Part shown: positions 48,664 to 60,969 of the stretch, piece after piece
Numbering within the stretch: position 1 is the first letter of the stretch
Layout of the letters: each line of letters starts with the position of its first letter
NCBI GenBank assembly: GCA_964016885.1
Contig: OZ024740.1
Coordinates: 272,242,001 to 272,306,000 of the forward strand
Direction of reading: 5' to 3'
DNA length: 64,000 bases
From: Eledone cirrhosa
Lineage: Eukaryota
Program-made: the position numbers and the translations under genes
The notes under the pieces: generated by a model
Seen by the model: only the letters and a program-made list of their open reading frames with translations
Told to the model about the DNA's origin: nothing
The model's database searches: none

Positions 48664-51663
48664 TTACAGATATATACTCAGAGTAGGCCCATTCACTCGG
48701 GCCATTCTTGCTTCTCTCACCCATCTTTCAACAAAATGCTGGGAAGAGAGCACTTCCCTCTCTACTCTGATTTTCCTTTTCAAATGAAATTTGAAAAAGT
48801 CAATCAGAGCATCACCGAAGAGGTAAGTGCTCGTCTTCAGCCCTTTCAAACGTCTCCACCATACTATCTCTTTCGCCATGGCCACCAGACAGATAAAAAC
48901 TGCCTGCCCTTCCCGGCTAAAGGAGGAGGGCGGGGCAATCCTCACGATGGACTCAGATGATAGCTGGATCCGTCCTAAACGCGACAGCAGGTGTTCGACA
49001 TAAACCCACAAGTCAGCAATTTTCGGACACTGGACGAGTGCGTGCAGGACGGTTTCGTCGCCCTGCGCGCATCTCGGACATGCCCGGCTGACGGCACCTC
49101 CATGCCTGTAGAGTTTATCCCGAACTGGCAAGGCTCCTCGGTAGCACTGCCAGGCCAGAGATTTCTGGAAGTTGTCCATAGGCCCCGGCCCGAAAGTTCT
49201 TCCGAAGAGATTGGCTAGTTGATTTTCGTCGACGCCTAGAGTTTCCCCAAGTACGTCGTCGCTCTTACCCTCCACTAATCCTCTATAGAACGCCGAGGTG
49301 GAGTTTCCACCGATCACATTGCCCGATTGGTCGAGGGCTGTGAGCGCCTGAAGACATTCCAGTCTCCAGGCGCTCCCTCTCGGTCTTCGCTTGACCCAGG
49401 ACTGCAGCTCCGTCAAGGAAACGAGCTGGGGAAATACGCGCCTAGCAAACGGCGACCACACCTGATCACCGTCGAGGAAGAGGTGGAGATGTCGTAGCCT
49501 GAGCGCGTGCCTGCGCATCATCAGCCACGGCATGCCCAGCCCTCCACGTAGCGGGTGTTGACAACAGATGGACCGCCTGACCATCGGAGCACGTCCCTTC
49601 CACAAAAAGCGAAAGAGCAAACGCTCCAGCGCAGTCAGGCGAGGCTTAGGACAAGGTACGACGGTCAGGCGGTAGCAGATGACAGACGCGATGTACGCGT
49701 TAGCCACCTTCGCTCGGGGACATCCTTGGCGGACCGAGCGCATGATGTTGAACGGTTCCGACAGGTGACCGTTCACTCTCACCACAGAGCAGATGTCGCT
49801 GTGCATGGCAGCGATCCAGCCTCTGAAGACGGGCCCAAAGCCAGCCGCCCTCAGGACTGCCGCTAGGTAACGATGGTCGACCCTATCGAAAGCTTTCGAC
49901 TGATCTAAATTGATCAAGGACCCACCCGTGCCAGGTTCCCTAGCTACCCTCTCTACGATGTATCGCATGAGGTGGAGGTTGTCGTGGATGGATCTGTCGG
50001 GAATGGCGCATGTCTGCGCCTCTCCCACCAGACCACCAACGACAAGCGCCAACCTCTTTGCTAGCACCTTGGCCAAAATCTTAAACTCTGTGTTTAGCAG
50101 AGTTATGGGCCGGAAATTGTCTATGTTATCCCCCTTGTTCGGATCCTTTCTCAGCAGTGCCACCGCTCCTCGGCTCACAGAACTGGGAATTCTCCCGTTC
50201 TGTTGCCAGTTGCAGTAGACGTCCGCCAAGAGGCCTCCGAACAAGTCTGGCATCTGTACGTAAAGTTCATAGGGCAGACCATCCAAACCAGGCGATTTAC
50301 CCCTTGTGCAGCCAGTCATTGCCTCCCTTACTTCAGCGGCTGTTATCGGCTTTTTGCAACACTTCGCCTCAGTGGCCGAGAGCCGCGGCAGTCCGTCGAG
50401 GTAGACACTAAAGTCCATCCCTCTACCCGGCCCACCGCTGCCCCCGAACAGCTGAGCGAAGTATCGCTGAAAAGCTTCACACATTTGCCCGGGATCGAGT
50501 AGCATGCGCCCGTCGTGGTCCACCAAAGACCGGATCGTGGCTTTGTTGCCACGACGCGCCTCCGCCACTCGGGCCCATTGAACGGCTTTCGTCCCCTCGT
50601 GTCTGAGAGCACGCACCCTTGCTCTGACAACGCAGCCTTCGTGCTTTGCATTGAAGAATTGGTCATGGGCCAATTTCGCCGCAAGCACGTCGGTCGCAAT
50701 GCCTTTGCTAAGCGCCTCGTCTAATTTTCTAACTAGTTCTCCCTCTGCTCTATTTTTCTCTATTGCTAAAGCCTTACTAAACCTAATCGATTCTATTCTA
50801 ATCGCTCTTTTCAGAGCAAACCACCATTTGTTGTTGACGATGGCCCCCGTCAACGCCCGCTTAACTAGTTCGCTAATCCGGTCTCTGTAGGCCTTGCACG
50901 CTGGTAAGGACGCGTTTAGCTTCCAGTAGCCGGGTCCTCGTCTATGAAGCCTATCTAAGTCAAGCACACAGATCACGAATTTGTGGTCCGTGTAGCTGAC
51001 TATCTTGAATTGTGGACAGCCTATGCTAGACCTATCTATTTCCCTACAAAATACTCTATCTAGATATGATCTGGATGACCCTATGCGGTTTGTCCTAGTC
51101 CACATTGGCACATTCGGGAAATCCAATCGGTACCTGTCAGACAGTTCAAAACGCCTGAGCAGGTTGGTGAGGCTCTTGCACCCTCCACCCCTATCCGCTA
51201 ATCCCACACAGTCCCAGCGTGCATCTAAGATCCCGTTCCAGTCGCCCACTAACACTAAAGAGCGGGACGTTCCAAGAAAGGTCTCCAGACGCCGGAAGAA
51301 ATCAGGCCGCCCTGCTCCTGTCGGGGCATAGACGGCCACTAGCCTGAAAGCTTGCCTGTCTCCGCTGGTCATGTCCAGCACCACCAGCTTACCCTCTGGG
51401 TCCAGGAAGATGGCCCGTATGGCGAGATCCAAACCTCTCCGAAAAAGCACAGCAACTCCTCCACCGGATCCAGAACGGCTGGGAGATGCGTACACATCGT
51501 AGCCGCCGAAGATCGGTGCGAAGGCCCGTGCTTCGGAGATTCTGGTCTCGCTGATGGCCACTACATCTATGTTTAGTGACCTGAGGTCGTTGAGCAGGTG
51601 ACCCTGCTTCCATGACGACCCCAAGCCACGCGCATTTATGCTGCCTATTCTGAGTGAGGTCAT
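48664..51663 (-). CDS. ORF2 of copy B: open frame of 999 aa, RT-dead (in-frame loss of 140 aa including YADD)
   Basis: RQGCP|RAKVANAY junction at about 49715, equal to A positions 43667-44086 deleted. Confidence 0.9.
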   Translation of the reverse strand: MTSLRIGSINARGLGSSWKQGHLLNDLRSLNIDVVAISETRISEARAFAPIFGGYDVYASPSRSGSGGGVAVLFRRGLDLAIRAIFLDPEGKLVVLDMTSGDRQAFRLVAVYAPTGAGRPDFFRRLETFLGTSRSLVLVGDWNGILDARWDCVGLADRGGGCKSLTNLLRRFELSDRYRLDFPNVPMWTRTNRIGSSRSYLDRVFCREIDRSSIGCPQFKIVSYTDHKFVICVLDLDRLHRRGPGYWKLNASLPACKAYRDRISELVKRALTGAIVNNKWWFALKRAIRIESIRFSKALAIEKNRAEGELVRKLDEALSKGIATDVLAAKLAHDQFFNAKHEGCVVRARVRALRHEGTKAVQWARVAEARRGNKATIRSLVDHDGRMLLDPGQMCEAFQRYFAQLFGGSGGPGRGMDFSVYLDGLPRLSATEAKCCKKPITAAEVREAMTGCTRGKSPGLDGLPYELYVQMPDLFGGLLADVYCNWQQNGRIPSSVSRGAVALLRKDPNKGDNIDNFRPITLLNTEFKILAKVLAKRLALVVGGLVGEAQTCAIPDRSIHDNLHLMRYIVERVAREPGTGGSLINLDQSKAFDRVDHRYLAAVLRAAGFGPVFRGWIAAMHSDICSVVRVNGHLSEPFNIMRSVRQGCPRAKVANAYIASVICYRLTVVPCPKPRLTALERLLFRFLWKGRAPMVRRSICCQHPLRGGLGMPWLMMRRHALRLRHLHLFLDGDQVWSPFARRVFPQLVSLTELQSWVKRRPRGSAWRLECLQALTALDQSGNVIGGNSTSAFYRGLVEGKSDDVLGETLGVDENQLANLFGRTFGPGPMDNFQKSLAWQCYRGALPVRDKLYRHGGAVSRACPRCAQGDETVLHALVQCPKIADLWVYVEHLLSRLGRIQLSSESIVRIAPPSSFSREGQAVFICLVAMAKEIVWWRRLKGLKTSTYLFGDALIDFFKFHLKRKIRVEREVLSSQHFVERWVREARMARVNGPTLSIYL

Positions 51664-51698
51664 GTTTAAAATAGAGTGGAAAAGATGGGAAAGACCAC

Positions 51699-53775
51699 TT
51701 ACCGTACTTTTGGTAGAGGAGGGATGGTTTTTACATCCCTTTTCACTTGATCGTCTGGTGAAGGGACCGTTGAATCGTCCCTTCGGCTGGTCGTCGGCTC
51801 TTCTAAGAGAATGTCTGAGTATACTCTTCGATTGATGGTTCCTCCTAGGTCCCTGAAATCACCAACTGCGTTGGGGAATTTCGTTTTAATGTTTGTGTAT
51901 TGTTTCTGTGCTATTTTTAGCAGTCTTATGTTAGTTGGCGTTTTGATTGGTGCTGGTATTATGTAGTCCTGTTGTGAAATGTCTGTGTGTTCAATTATGT
52001 AAGTCATTAGTTTCTTGTTGTGTGTATTTATTGCCGTGCATTTGTTTTTCTGGGGGTGGGGTGTGGTTCTGCTATTTTCTTGTCGTTGTTGCTGGGTGTG
52101 TGTGTTTTGTTGTTGTGTTTGCGATGTTGGTGCTTGTGGTGGTGGTGTTGAAGGTGTTGTTGGCGGTGGGGTTGTCGCCGGTGGTGATGGTGGTGCTAGT
52201 GTGGGTGGTGATGGTGTTGGTGTTGTTGCTGCTGTGGGTCTCTTTGCAGTAGACTTTACCCTTTTCTCATTTCTTTCCTCCCTTTTCAAAGGCGACGATG
52301 CGCTGCTTCTGCGTTTGTGCCTTCTTACGACCTTTTGCCATCCCTCTCCCACCTCACACTCCATGTCTGATTCTGTGAGGTCGGGGAGGGGTACCAGCTC
52401 CACTCTTTCACTTGTTGTTGTTGGTGATGTTTGCACTGGAGTCTCTGTTGCAGCTGCATTTGGTATTGCTGTTGTTGTTGTTAATATTTCCACTGCTGCT
52501 GCTGTTTTTGATTTCCGTGGAGTGGGTATGGGTGCCACGGGCCTATCGTTCCTGGTTGCCGCTTGTCCTGTTGCTGGTAGCCGTGGAGCCGGATTCGGAA
52601 GGAGGGGGGTTTTCTCCTTTCTCAGGGTCTTCTCGTTGCAGAAGGCCCTGAGGTGAGTCTTCGATCCACAGCGAAAGCATTTCGGGCGTTTGCCCTCAAC
52701 ACTTATGGGCAGTTGAGTGCCGTTATCGAAGTCTATCACATCCGGGATAGCTTCGATGCACTCCTGGTTGGTTTGGATTAGCATCTCAATGGAGGAGCCG
52801 ACCCAATCTTCTCTTACTTTTTTCTGTACTTGCAGTACAGTTGTTTTGTCCTCGATTCCGACGAGGACAGACGCGGCCAGCCAAGAAGGGGTCATTCCGG
52901 GGGGGACGTGGGTCAGTTTGACCCTCACAATTTTTTGCCCGCAGTAGGAGGGCACCAACACCATTTCCTCGCTCCTTAGGGTCACTACTGATTGGGCCTT
53001 TGCCTCCTGGGGTGTGGCAAAAAGTACGTCTACGGTGGCATATTTTTTGCCTCGGGTGATGTGCGTTTTCCGCTGCCACACAGACCCCAAGGCTTTTTGT
53101 ATTTGGGCCGCTGTGGCTCTTTCCACCCTACGGGATTTTGTACTTACTGTACGGTACGTGACCGTACAGTGCTCTTGGGTTTCGAAAAATTTTTCCGCTG
53201 CCTTGCAGATTGCTCGGTGTCCGTTCTTTGTCACCATCTTCTTCGCTTCCTCTAATTCCTCATTTGTTATGAGGATTGTTTCCAAGTTTTTCGCAATACC
53301 TGCAGATGAGATTGGTTTTTCTCTGCTGTTGTTGTTGTCGTCAGAGCTGCTGGTACTTTTGTTGTTGCTGCAGGTACTACGACTACTGCCTCCGCCGCTG
53401 TTGCTGTGGTTGTTGTTGGTGTTGCTGCTGCTAATGCTGTTGTTGTTTATGCTGCTGGTGATGCTGTTGCGGCTGCTACTGTTGTTTTCATTGTCACTGT
53501 TGCTGTTGTTATTACGGCTGCTACTGCTATTATTCCTGACGTCAGACGAATGAACTAGGTTTTCGTATTTCCCGCACACCTGTTTCGTCGCTGTCGTCGT
53601 CGTCGTGGAGAAACCTTGCACGCTTTGCACGAGACTTTTCTTTTCTTTCGTCACTTGCGAAAGAGAAGGGAGGGAGAGAGACACATTTAAAGAAGGGAGG
53701 GAGAGAGACAATCTTCTCTCTGCTGTAGTGATGATTGAGGAAGAAGACGGAATGAGTGGGAGTGACGTATGAAAT
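51699..53775 (-). pseudogene. ORF1 of copy B: frame open but start codon removed by a 90-nt deletion
   Basis: GTATGAAAT|AACGGACAG junction near 53775 lacks A 48150-48239, which contains the ATG. The track start at 53711 is a TTG. Confidence 0.85.
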
Positions 53776-53943
53776 AACGGACAGAAAGACCCCTCTCACG
53801 AGGAGGAGGGTGTCTTTATCAACAATTTGGTTCAAGTTTTAAACAATTTACAATTGTTTTAACGGTTAAAAATTACTATACCTTACAGAGCCGAGCCTCC
53901 GTCAACCATGGCATTCAATAATAATAATAATAATAATGATAAT

Positions 53944-56900
53944 GATTTCATTTATTGGCCACACGGGCCGACATAGAGGGGACAATACAAAAGACTGGGA
54001 CAGTGGGGTTTTACAGAAAAATCGAGTAAACAATATGAATCACAATAACAAAGTAACAATAACAAAGTAACAATAAAGTAACAATAAAATTACGACAAGA
54101 AAAAAATTCCCCAATAGGGGGGATGACCACCTAGGGTTCGCTCAGGTACCCCACGAGTCCTGAACGACCCGACGCTTCGAGAGCACCCTGGAAGGGCACC
54201 CCTCTCCTCCTCAAATTTACCTATCTACAGCCGCATGACCAGAATAGGCCCACTCACACGGGCCATTCTCGCCACATTCACCCACCTTTCAGCAAATGTA
54301 CTGGGGGGAAGCACTTCTCTCTCCACCCTCACCTTCCTTTCCAAGTGAAACTTGAAAAAGTTGATGAGGGATTGGCCGAAGAGAAAAGTGTCTGTCTTCA
54401 GTCCTTTCAACCTCGTCCACCATACAACCTCTTTCGCTACTACCACCAGACAGAGGAAAATTGCCTGCCCTTCCTGGCCAAAAGAAGGCGGCGGGTCGAT
54501 CTTCACTATGCGCTCGGTCGATAGCCGGATCCGTCCTACACGCGACAACAGCTGTTCAACATAACTCCACAAGTCAGTAATGCACGGACACTTGATGAGT
54601 GCGTGCAGAACGGTTTCGTCGCTCTGCGCGCATCTCGGGCAGGTCCGTCTGACAGCACTTCCGTGCCTGTAGAGTTTATCTCGAACCGGCAGTGCCCCCC
54701 GGTATCACTGCCAAGCGAGGGATTTTTGGAAATTATCCATCGTCCCCGGCTCGAAAGTCCCCCGGTACAGACTCGTTAGTTCGACTTCGTTGACTCCCAG
54801 AGCCTCTCCGAGTGCGTCGTCGCACTTGCCCACCACTAATCCTCTATAGAACTCAAGAGTGGAAGTTCCACTGACCGCATTGCCCGCCTGGTAGAGGGAA
54901 GTGAGTGCCTGGCAACATTCCAGATGCCAGTCACCCAGTCTGGGTCTCTTCTTGACCCAGGACTGCAGCTCAGTCAAAGAAACAAGCTGCGGAAAGGCCC
55001 GTCTGACAAACGGCGACCGTTTAGGCAGAATATCTGGAGATGCCGCAGCCTCAGCGCGTGCCTGCGCATCATTAGCCACGGCATGCCCAGCCCTCCACGT
55101 AGAGGGTGCTGGCAGCAGATGCACCGCCTCACCAGCGGAACCTGACCCCTCCACAAGAATTTGAAGAATTTACATCCAACCCTCTCTATGATGAATCGCA
55201 TTAGGTGGAGGTTGTCGTGTATGGACCTGGTTGGGATTGCGCAAGTTTGCACCTCCCCAACCAAATCCCCGACGACAAGCGCCAACCTCTTCGTTAACAC
55301 CCTGGTCAAAATCTTAAACTCTGTGTTGAGCAGAGTTATGGGCCTGAAATTGTCTAATGTGTCCCTCTTGTTCTCGTCTTTACTTATCAGCGTCACTACG
55401 CCCCGGCTCACAGAACTGGGAATACTCCCGTTTTGCGACCAGTTGCAGTAGAGGGCTTCGAGGAGATTGGAAAACAAGCCTGGCATATTTACGTAAAGCT
55501 CGTAGGGCAGACCATCCAAACCGGGTGACTTGCGCCTCATGCAGCTGACAAGGGCATCCTGAATCTCGGCTGAAGTAATTGGCCTTTCGCAGCGCCCAGC
55601 GTCAGCCGTCGAGAGTTGCGGCAAGCCATCGAGGTAGGGACTGAAGTCCGCCACCATCTCTGACCCGCCACTTCCCCCGAACAGCCGAGCAAAATGTTGG
55701 CGAAAGGCCTCACACATCCTCTTGGAATCGCTCAGCTCGTGTCCGTCTCGGTCCGTCAAAGACCGAATCGTGGTTTTATTACCACGCTGCGCCTCTGCCA
55801 CGCGGCCCCATCGAACAGCTTTGGTTCCCTCGTTTCTCAGAGCACGCGCCTTAGCTCTGACAATGCAACCTTCGTGTTTCGCATTGAAGAAATAGCCTTG
55901 TCTAACTTATCTACCAACTCCCCCTCCTTTCTATTTTTCTCTAACGCTACTTCTTTGCTAAACTCTATCGACATTGCTCTAATCTCTCGTTTGAGAGCCC
56001 CCCACCATCTATTGTTGACGACTCCCCCTGTCAACCTTTTCTTAACTAAATTGTTGACCTGGTTCCTGTAAGCCTTACGTGCCGGAAATGACATGTTTAG
56101 CTTCCAGTAACTAGGTCCTAACCTACGCGTCTTATCTAGGTCGACCATACAGATCACAAACTTGTGATCTGAATAGGCGACCGTTTCAAAACGTGGACAG
56201 CTTACACTATTTCTGTCTATTTTCCTAATGAATATCCTGTCTATATACGATCTAGATGACCCTATGCGGTTAGCGCAGGTCCACACTGGCGCATTAGGGA
56301 AATCTAGTCGATACCTGTCAGACAGTTGGAACTGGCTGATCAGGTTATTGAGGCTTTTGAACCCCCCGCTCTTATCGGATACTCCCACACAGCCCCAGCG
56401 TGCGTCTAAGATGCCGTTCCAGTACCCCGCTAACAGTAAAGGGCGAGACGTACCCAGAAAGGCTTCCAGGCGTCTAAAGAAGTCCGGCCTTCCTGCCCCA
56501 GTAGAAGCATAGACGGCCACCAGTCTAAAGGCTTCGTTATTGTTCACGTCCAGGACCACCAACTTCCCGTCCGGGTCCCGGAAGATCGACCTTACCTCGA
56601 GATCCAGGCCTTTCCTAAACAGCACTGCCACCCCGCCTCCCATTCTCGGCCAGCTAACATATGTAAAGATCTGATAGTCGTCGAAAATGGGGGCTAGTGC
56701 CCGCATGTCGGAAATCCTGGTCTCGCTGACGGCAATTACATCCATTTCTATAGACCTGAAGTCGTTGAGCAGGTGACCCTGCTTCCAGAATGATCCCAGG
56801 CCTCGAACATTTAAACATCCTACTCTTAATACGGCCATGTTGGCAGGTTAAAAAGAGAGAGCGAGGAAGGTTTACTTACCTTCCGGTCTCTTGTGAAGGT

Positions 56901-58941
56901 CGGGTTGTTCGACCTCAATAGTTGGTGGGGTTTCTTTTGGGAACCCCTTTAAAAGTTTTGAAGTGGGTTTTACGTTCGGGGTTCCCACGTCCCGAGGAAA
57001 GCTGTCACGTATTTCTTTGAATAAATCGATCGACATTCGCACCAGAACCAAATCTTCCGGCACGCGAAATGTGCTCGATTTAAAAATTTCCCCCCTCCTT
57101 TTGTATATTTTCACTTCGTGCTACGAGGGCCATCAGTTCCTTGTTGGCCCTCCTGACGAGCACGAAGTTTTGTATGTTTTGTTGGTGTGATTTTATTTGT
57201 TTGCGTGGCTGTAGTGGTGATGGTTTTGGTGGTATTGTTTCGGTTGTGTCTGTGTTTGTTGTGAGTGCGGTGTCTGTGGTTTCAGATGTTTGTGTGTATA
57301 TTTGTTTTTGCTTCTGTTTAGGTTGTTTGCGTTTGGGGGATTCTGGTGATGGTGATGGTGGTGTTGATGTTGGTGTTATTGGAGAGATGTTTGCGTGGGT
57401 GGTATCTGCGTTTTTTATTGTGGGTGCTTTTGTGCTTTGTTGAGTTTTTTTTTCTTTTTGTGTTTCCTTTTTTTGTATTTTGGGGGATTTTGGTTTTCCC
57501 TCAACCTCACTACAGGTAGATGAGGGGTCTGTGTCTGTAAGTGTGTCTGTGTGTATATTTATGGTTTTATTGGTGTATGTATTTTTTTTGGGGGGGGAGG
57601 GGGAATTTGACAGCTTTCCTCGTTTCTCCCCTGGGTGGTCAATGTTGGTGGTGGTCTTTCTATTGGTGTTGTTGTTGGTGGTTTTGCCGGTGCTGGTGTT
57701 GGTTGTGGTCCTCGCTCCGGCGTCGGCAGCAGTGGAGCCTTTCAACCCCTTGCCTCTTTCAGCAGTTGAGGGCAGAAGGCTCGCAAATGGGTTTTTTCCC
57801 CACAAACAAAACAATGCGGCCTTTTGCCTTCGGTCATAATGTGAATGACCGTCCCATTCTGCAGGCGGATGTGGTCCGGGATTGTCTTCACATTCTCAGG
57901 CCTGATCTGGAGAAGGATCTCCAGATCAACCCCGGACCAGTCCTCTCTGGCCGTTCTGGTCTCTTCTGTAGGGACGGTATCCGTCCCCTCCACAATCACA
58001 CATCCCAGAAGCCACCACATGTCAAGTCCTGGTGGGATTCTAGGAATGCGGAGACGGGCCGTTCTTTTTCCCATGTGGGAGGGGTACATTATGACCTTGC
58101 TGGTTTTTCAAGGAGTCATAGCGTGTTTCATAGCGAGGGCTTCTGACTTGAACAGCACCGAAATGGTGCCGTACTGTCTGCCCCTCTCTATGTATTCGGT
58201 GTCTTCTCTGATGCACCTCAGCTCAATAGCTTCTACCGGGACAGTTAAGTTGGCCCAGGTTTGCTCTTGCTTGATGAGCTTCAATGCCTGGGCCAACTTT
58301 TCATCTTTGTTTGAGAGGTCCATGTTGAAGCATGGCCCCTTTTTTGCTGCTGCTGCCGCAGCGAAAGTGTTCTTCTTGTTTTCGTTGGGGGTGTTGTTGT
58401 CGTTGTCGTTGTTCTTGTTGGTGTTGTTGTTAGCACTGTCGCTGTTATCATTGTTGTCTTTGTTGCCACCGTTGTTCTCGGTGCAGTTGGTATTGTTGGT
58501 GTTGGTGTTGTCGCTGTTTGTTTTCATGTTAGTGGTGTTGATATTGTTGCATTTGTCATTTTTTTTTGTTATCTGTATTTTCGTTGTCGCTGTTACTGTC
58601 ATTTTTTTCAAAATTAGAGTTCTCCTTGGTATCATTGGTGTCTTTGTTTACATTGTTTGTGGTGGTGTTTGTGTTATCAATGTGTGTTAATTTCGCTGTA
58701 GCGCTCCTCTCAACTTCTACGTCGTTGTCGCACGACAGCAGACATATCCCGTAAATTTTTTAACATGTAAAAAAAGTTCAAATATTTGGGCCAAAAGGCC
58801 CAAATATTATACTTTCCTCTTCACGGGGCAAAGTCTAAGGGCTTATATCCCTTACACAACAAGAAATATTTAACAACAAATAATTTTAACGGGCAAATAA
58901 AGCGACTTACTGGGAGCGAGCAAAATACGTCCGCTTAGACC
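53944..58941 (-). mobile_element. Tx1 LINE copy C, second subfamily, both termini present, frameshifted and internally deleted
   Basis: ORF1 remnants 56872-58766 (Asn/Thr-rich, EGKRPHCFVCGEKTHLRAFC). ORF2 remnants 54225-56838 (CLNVRG, VSETR, SDHK, SPGLDGLP, FRPITLLN, then a jump to FKFLWRG). 3' end AATAAATGAAATC. AAT tracts at 53917-53943 and 58942-58983. Confidence 0.95.
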
Positions 58942-58983
<42 letters not shown>

Positions 58984-58984
<1 letters not shown>

Positions 58985-60957
58985 TCTGTCCGTAATGTGG
59001 AAACTGTTAACAAGCATTGTGTCTGAGGAAATCTACCATCACCTCCACACAAACAACTTGTTACCGGACGAACAGAAAGGATGCCGAAAGAAGTCCCGTG
59101 GTACAAAGGACTAGTTACTTATTGATAAGATGGCAATGAGGAATTGCAAGAGGAGACACACTGGTCTTGCTATGGGATGAATAGACTACAAAAAGGCATT
59201 TGATATGGTGCCTCATTCTTGGATCACCAAAAGCCTAGAGATCTTCAAGGTGGCAGATAACATCAGACAGTTGTTGAGCAAAAGTATGAAGTCCTGGAAA
59301 ACAGAGTTAACATCGGCTGGAGAATCTTTGGAAGGCGTGAAGATCAAGAGAGATATCTTCCAGGGAGATAGTCTGTCCCCTATGTTGTTTGTCCTTGCCC
59401 TGATGCCCCTGACCATTATACTGCGAAAAATGAGAGCAGGATACAAATTGGGAAAGGGAGAGCTTACCATCAATCACCTCCTCTTCATGGACGATCTTAA
59501 ACTCTTCAGGAAGAGTGAGAAGGAGTTGGATGTGCTTGTTGACACTCCGTATTTTCAGCAATGATATATGTATGCAATTTGGTATTAGTAAGTGTGGAGT
59601 CCTTGTGATGAAGAGGGGTATATTGAGCAGAAGCAACGGAATCCAGGTACCAACAGGTGAGATGATAAAGGAAATTGACACTGAAGAAGGATACAAATAT
59701 TTAGGTATTCTGGAGGCTGATGACATCAAGAACAAAAAAAATGAAGGAATTGATAAGATCTGAATACATTCGGAGAGTAAGGAGTGTATTAAAATCACAT
59801 CTGAACATTAGGAATGCCATAAGTGCAGTAAATTCCCGAGCTGTGTCTATTATTAGGTACAGTGCGGGAATTCTGAGATGGAATGTTGCTGAACAAAAAG
59901 AAATGGATAGGAAGACTAGGAAGCTATTGACTATCTACATGTTCCACAAGAGGAGTGATGTCGATAGACTCTACTTAAGGAGATCTGAAGGTGGAAGAGG
60001 TCTTATCAGCATAGAGGACTGTGTTCAGATGGAGAAAAACAACCTACACAAATACGTGACTGATAGTAGGGAGCCAATGCTCAGAATTGTACTGAAGGAG
60101 AGGACAATAGACCAGGGGATGTCCAAGGAGGAAATAACAACAAGGAGAAAGAGCAACCTTCATGAAAAATCCCTTCATAGTACCTTCTTTGAGAAAACTG
60201 AATTCAGAGATCCACAGACATGGAACTGGTTGAAATTAGAAGGAATGCTAATGGCTGCGCAAGAGCAGGCCCTCAAAACGAAGTGGCTGAAACACCATAT
60301 TTACAAGGAGGAGGCTAGCCCACTGTGTAGGATCTGTGGAGAGAGAGAGGTGACTGTGGCTCACATTGTATCCGAGTGTAAACACCTAGCCCAGCTCACT
60401 ATAAAGGCTGAAGACATGATGTGATGGGCAGGGTGATCCACTGGCACCTATGCAAAGTAAACAATTTACCACATTCTGAGAAGTGGTATGAGCATAAGCC
60501 AGAGTCGGTGATAGAAAACGATCAGGTGAAGGTGCTGTGGGATTTTAGGATACAGACAGACAAGAAACTGGAGCACAATAGACCTGACCTGGTGGTTTTG
60601 GACAAGGAAAAAAGATCGTGCCTGATTGTGGATGTGGCCTGCCCATTCGACACAAGAGTGCAAGAGAAGGAGAGGGAGAAAATTAACCGATACCAGGACT
60701 TAAAGTAGGAGGTAAAAAGGATTTGGAACTGCCATGAAGTCAATAGGCGCACTAGGTACTATCTCAAAGAGTTTCCAAGGATGGTTAAAGAAAATTGGCC
60801 CCGCCCCGCTTTTTGGAACACTTCAAAAGGCATGCTTGCTGGGAACTGCAAGAATCCTTTGATACCTCCTGAATATCTGAGGCTACAGGTAGTGGCTTGA
60901 TATTCATTTCAACAAACTTTCCAGTTAACTAACATCAATGACTGAGACTCAAAGAAC
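58984..60957 (+). mobile_element. 5'-truncated R4/Dong-clade non-LTR retrotransposon (RT, CCHC, REL endonuclease), frameshifted, between (AAT)n tracts
   Basis: EQKGCR, DYKKAFDMVPH, IFQGDSLSP, HLLFMDDLK, YKYLG, DVDRLY..EGGRGL, AAQEQ, CRICG..TVAHIVSEC, HNRPDLVV..DVACP..KINRYQDL. Confidence 0.93.
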
Positions 60958-60969
60958 AATAATAATAAT

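Larger units (their letters stand above)
48408..53916 (-). mobile_element. Tx1 LINE copy B, near-identical tandem twin of A with two internal deletions (420 nt and 90 nt)
   Basis: Colinear with A with scattered substitutions and the same termini (GATTTCTTTATT... and ...CATGGCATTC). AAT tracts on both sides. Confidence 0.97.

Noticed and set aside
49700-49730. The 420-nt deletion as a spliced-out intron
   Set aside because: The deleted segment does not have GT-AG ends on the sense strand.
48408-53916. Copy B as an assembly duplication of copy A
   Set aside because: B has its own deletions and many scattered substitutions, which fits a real independent copy better; long reads would be final.
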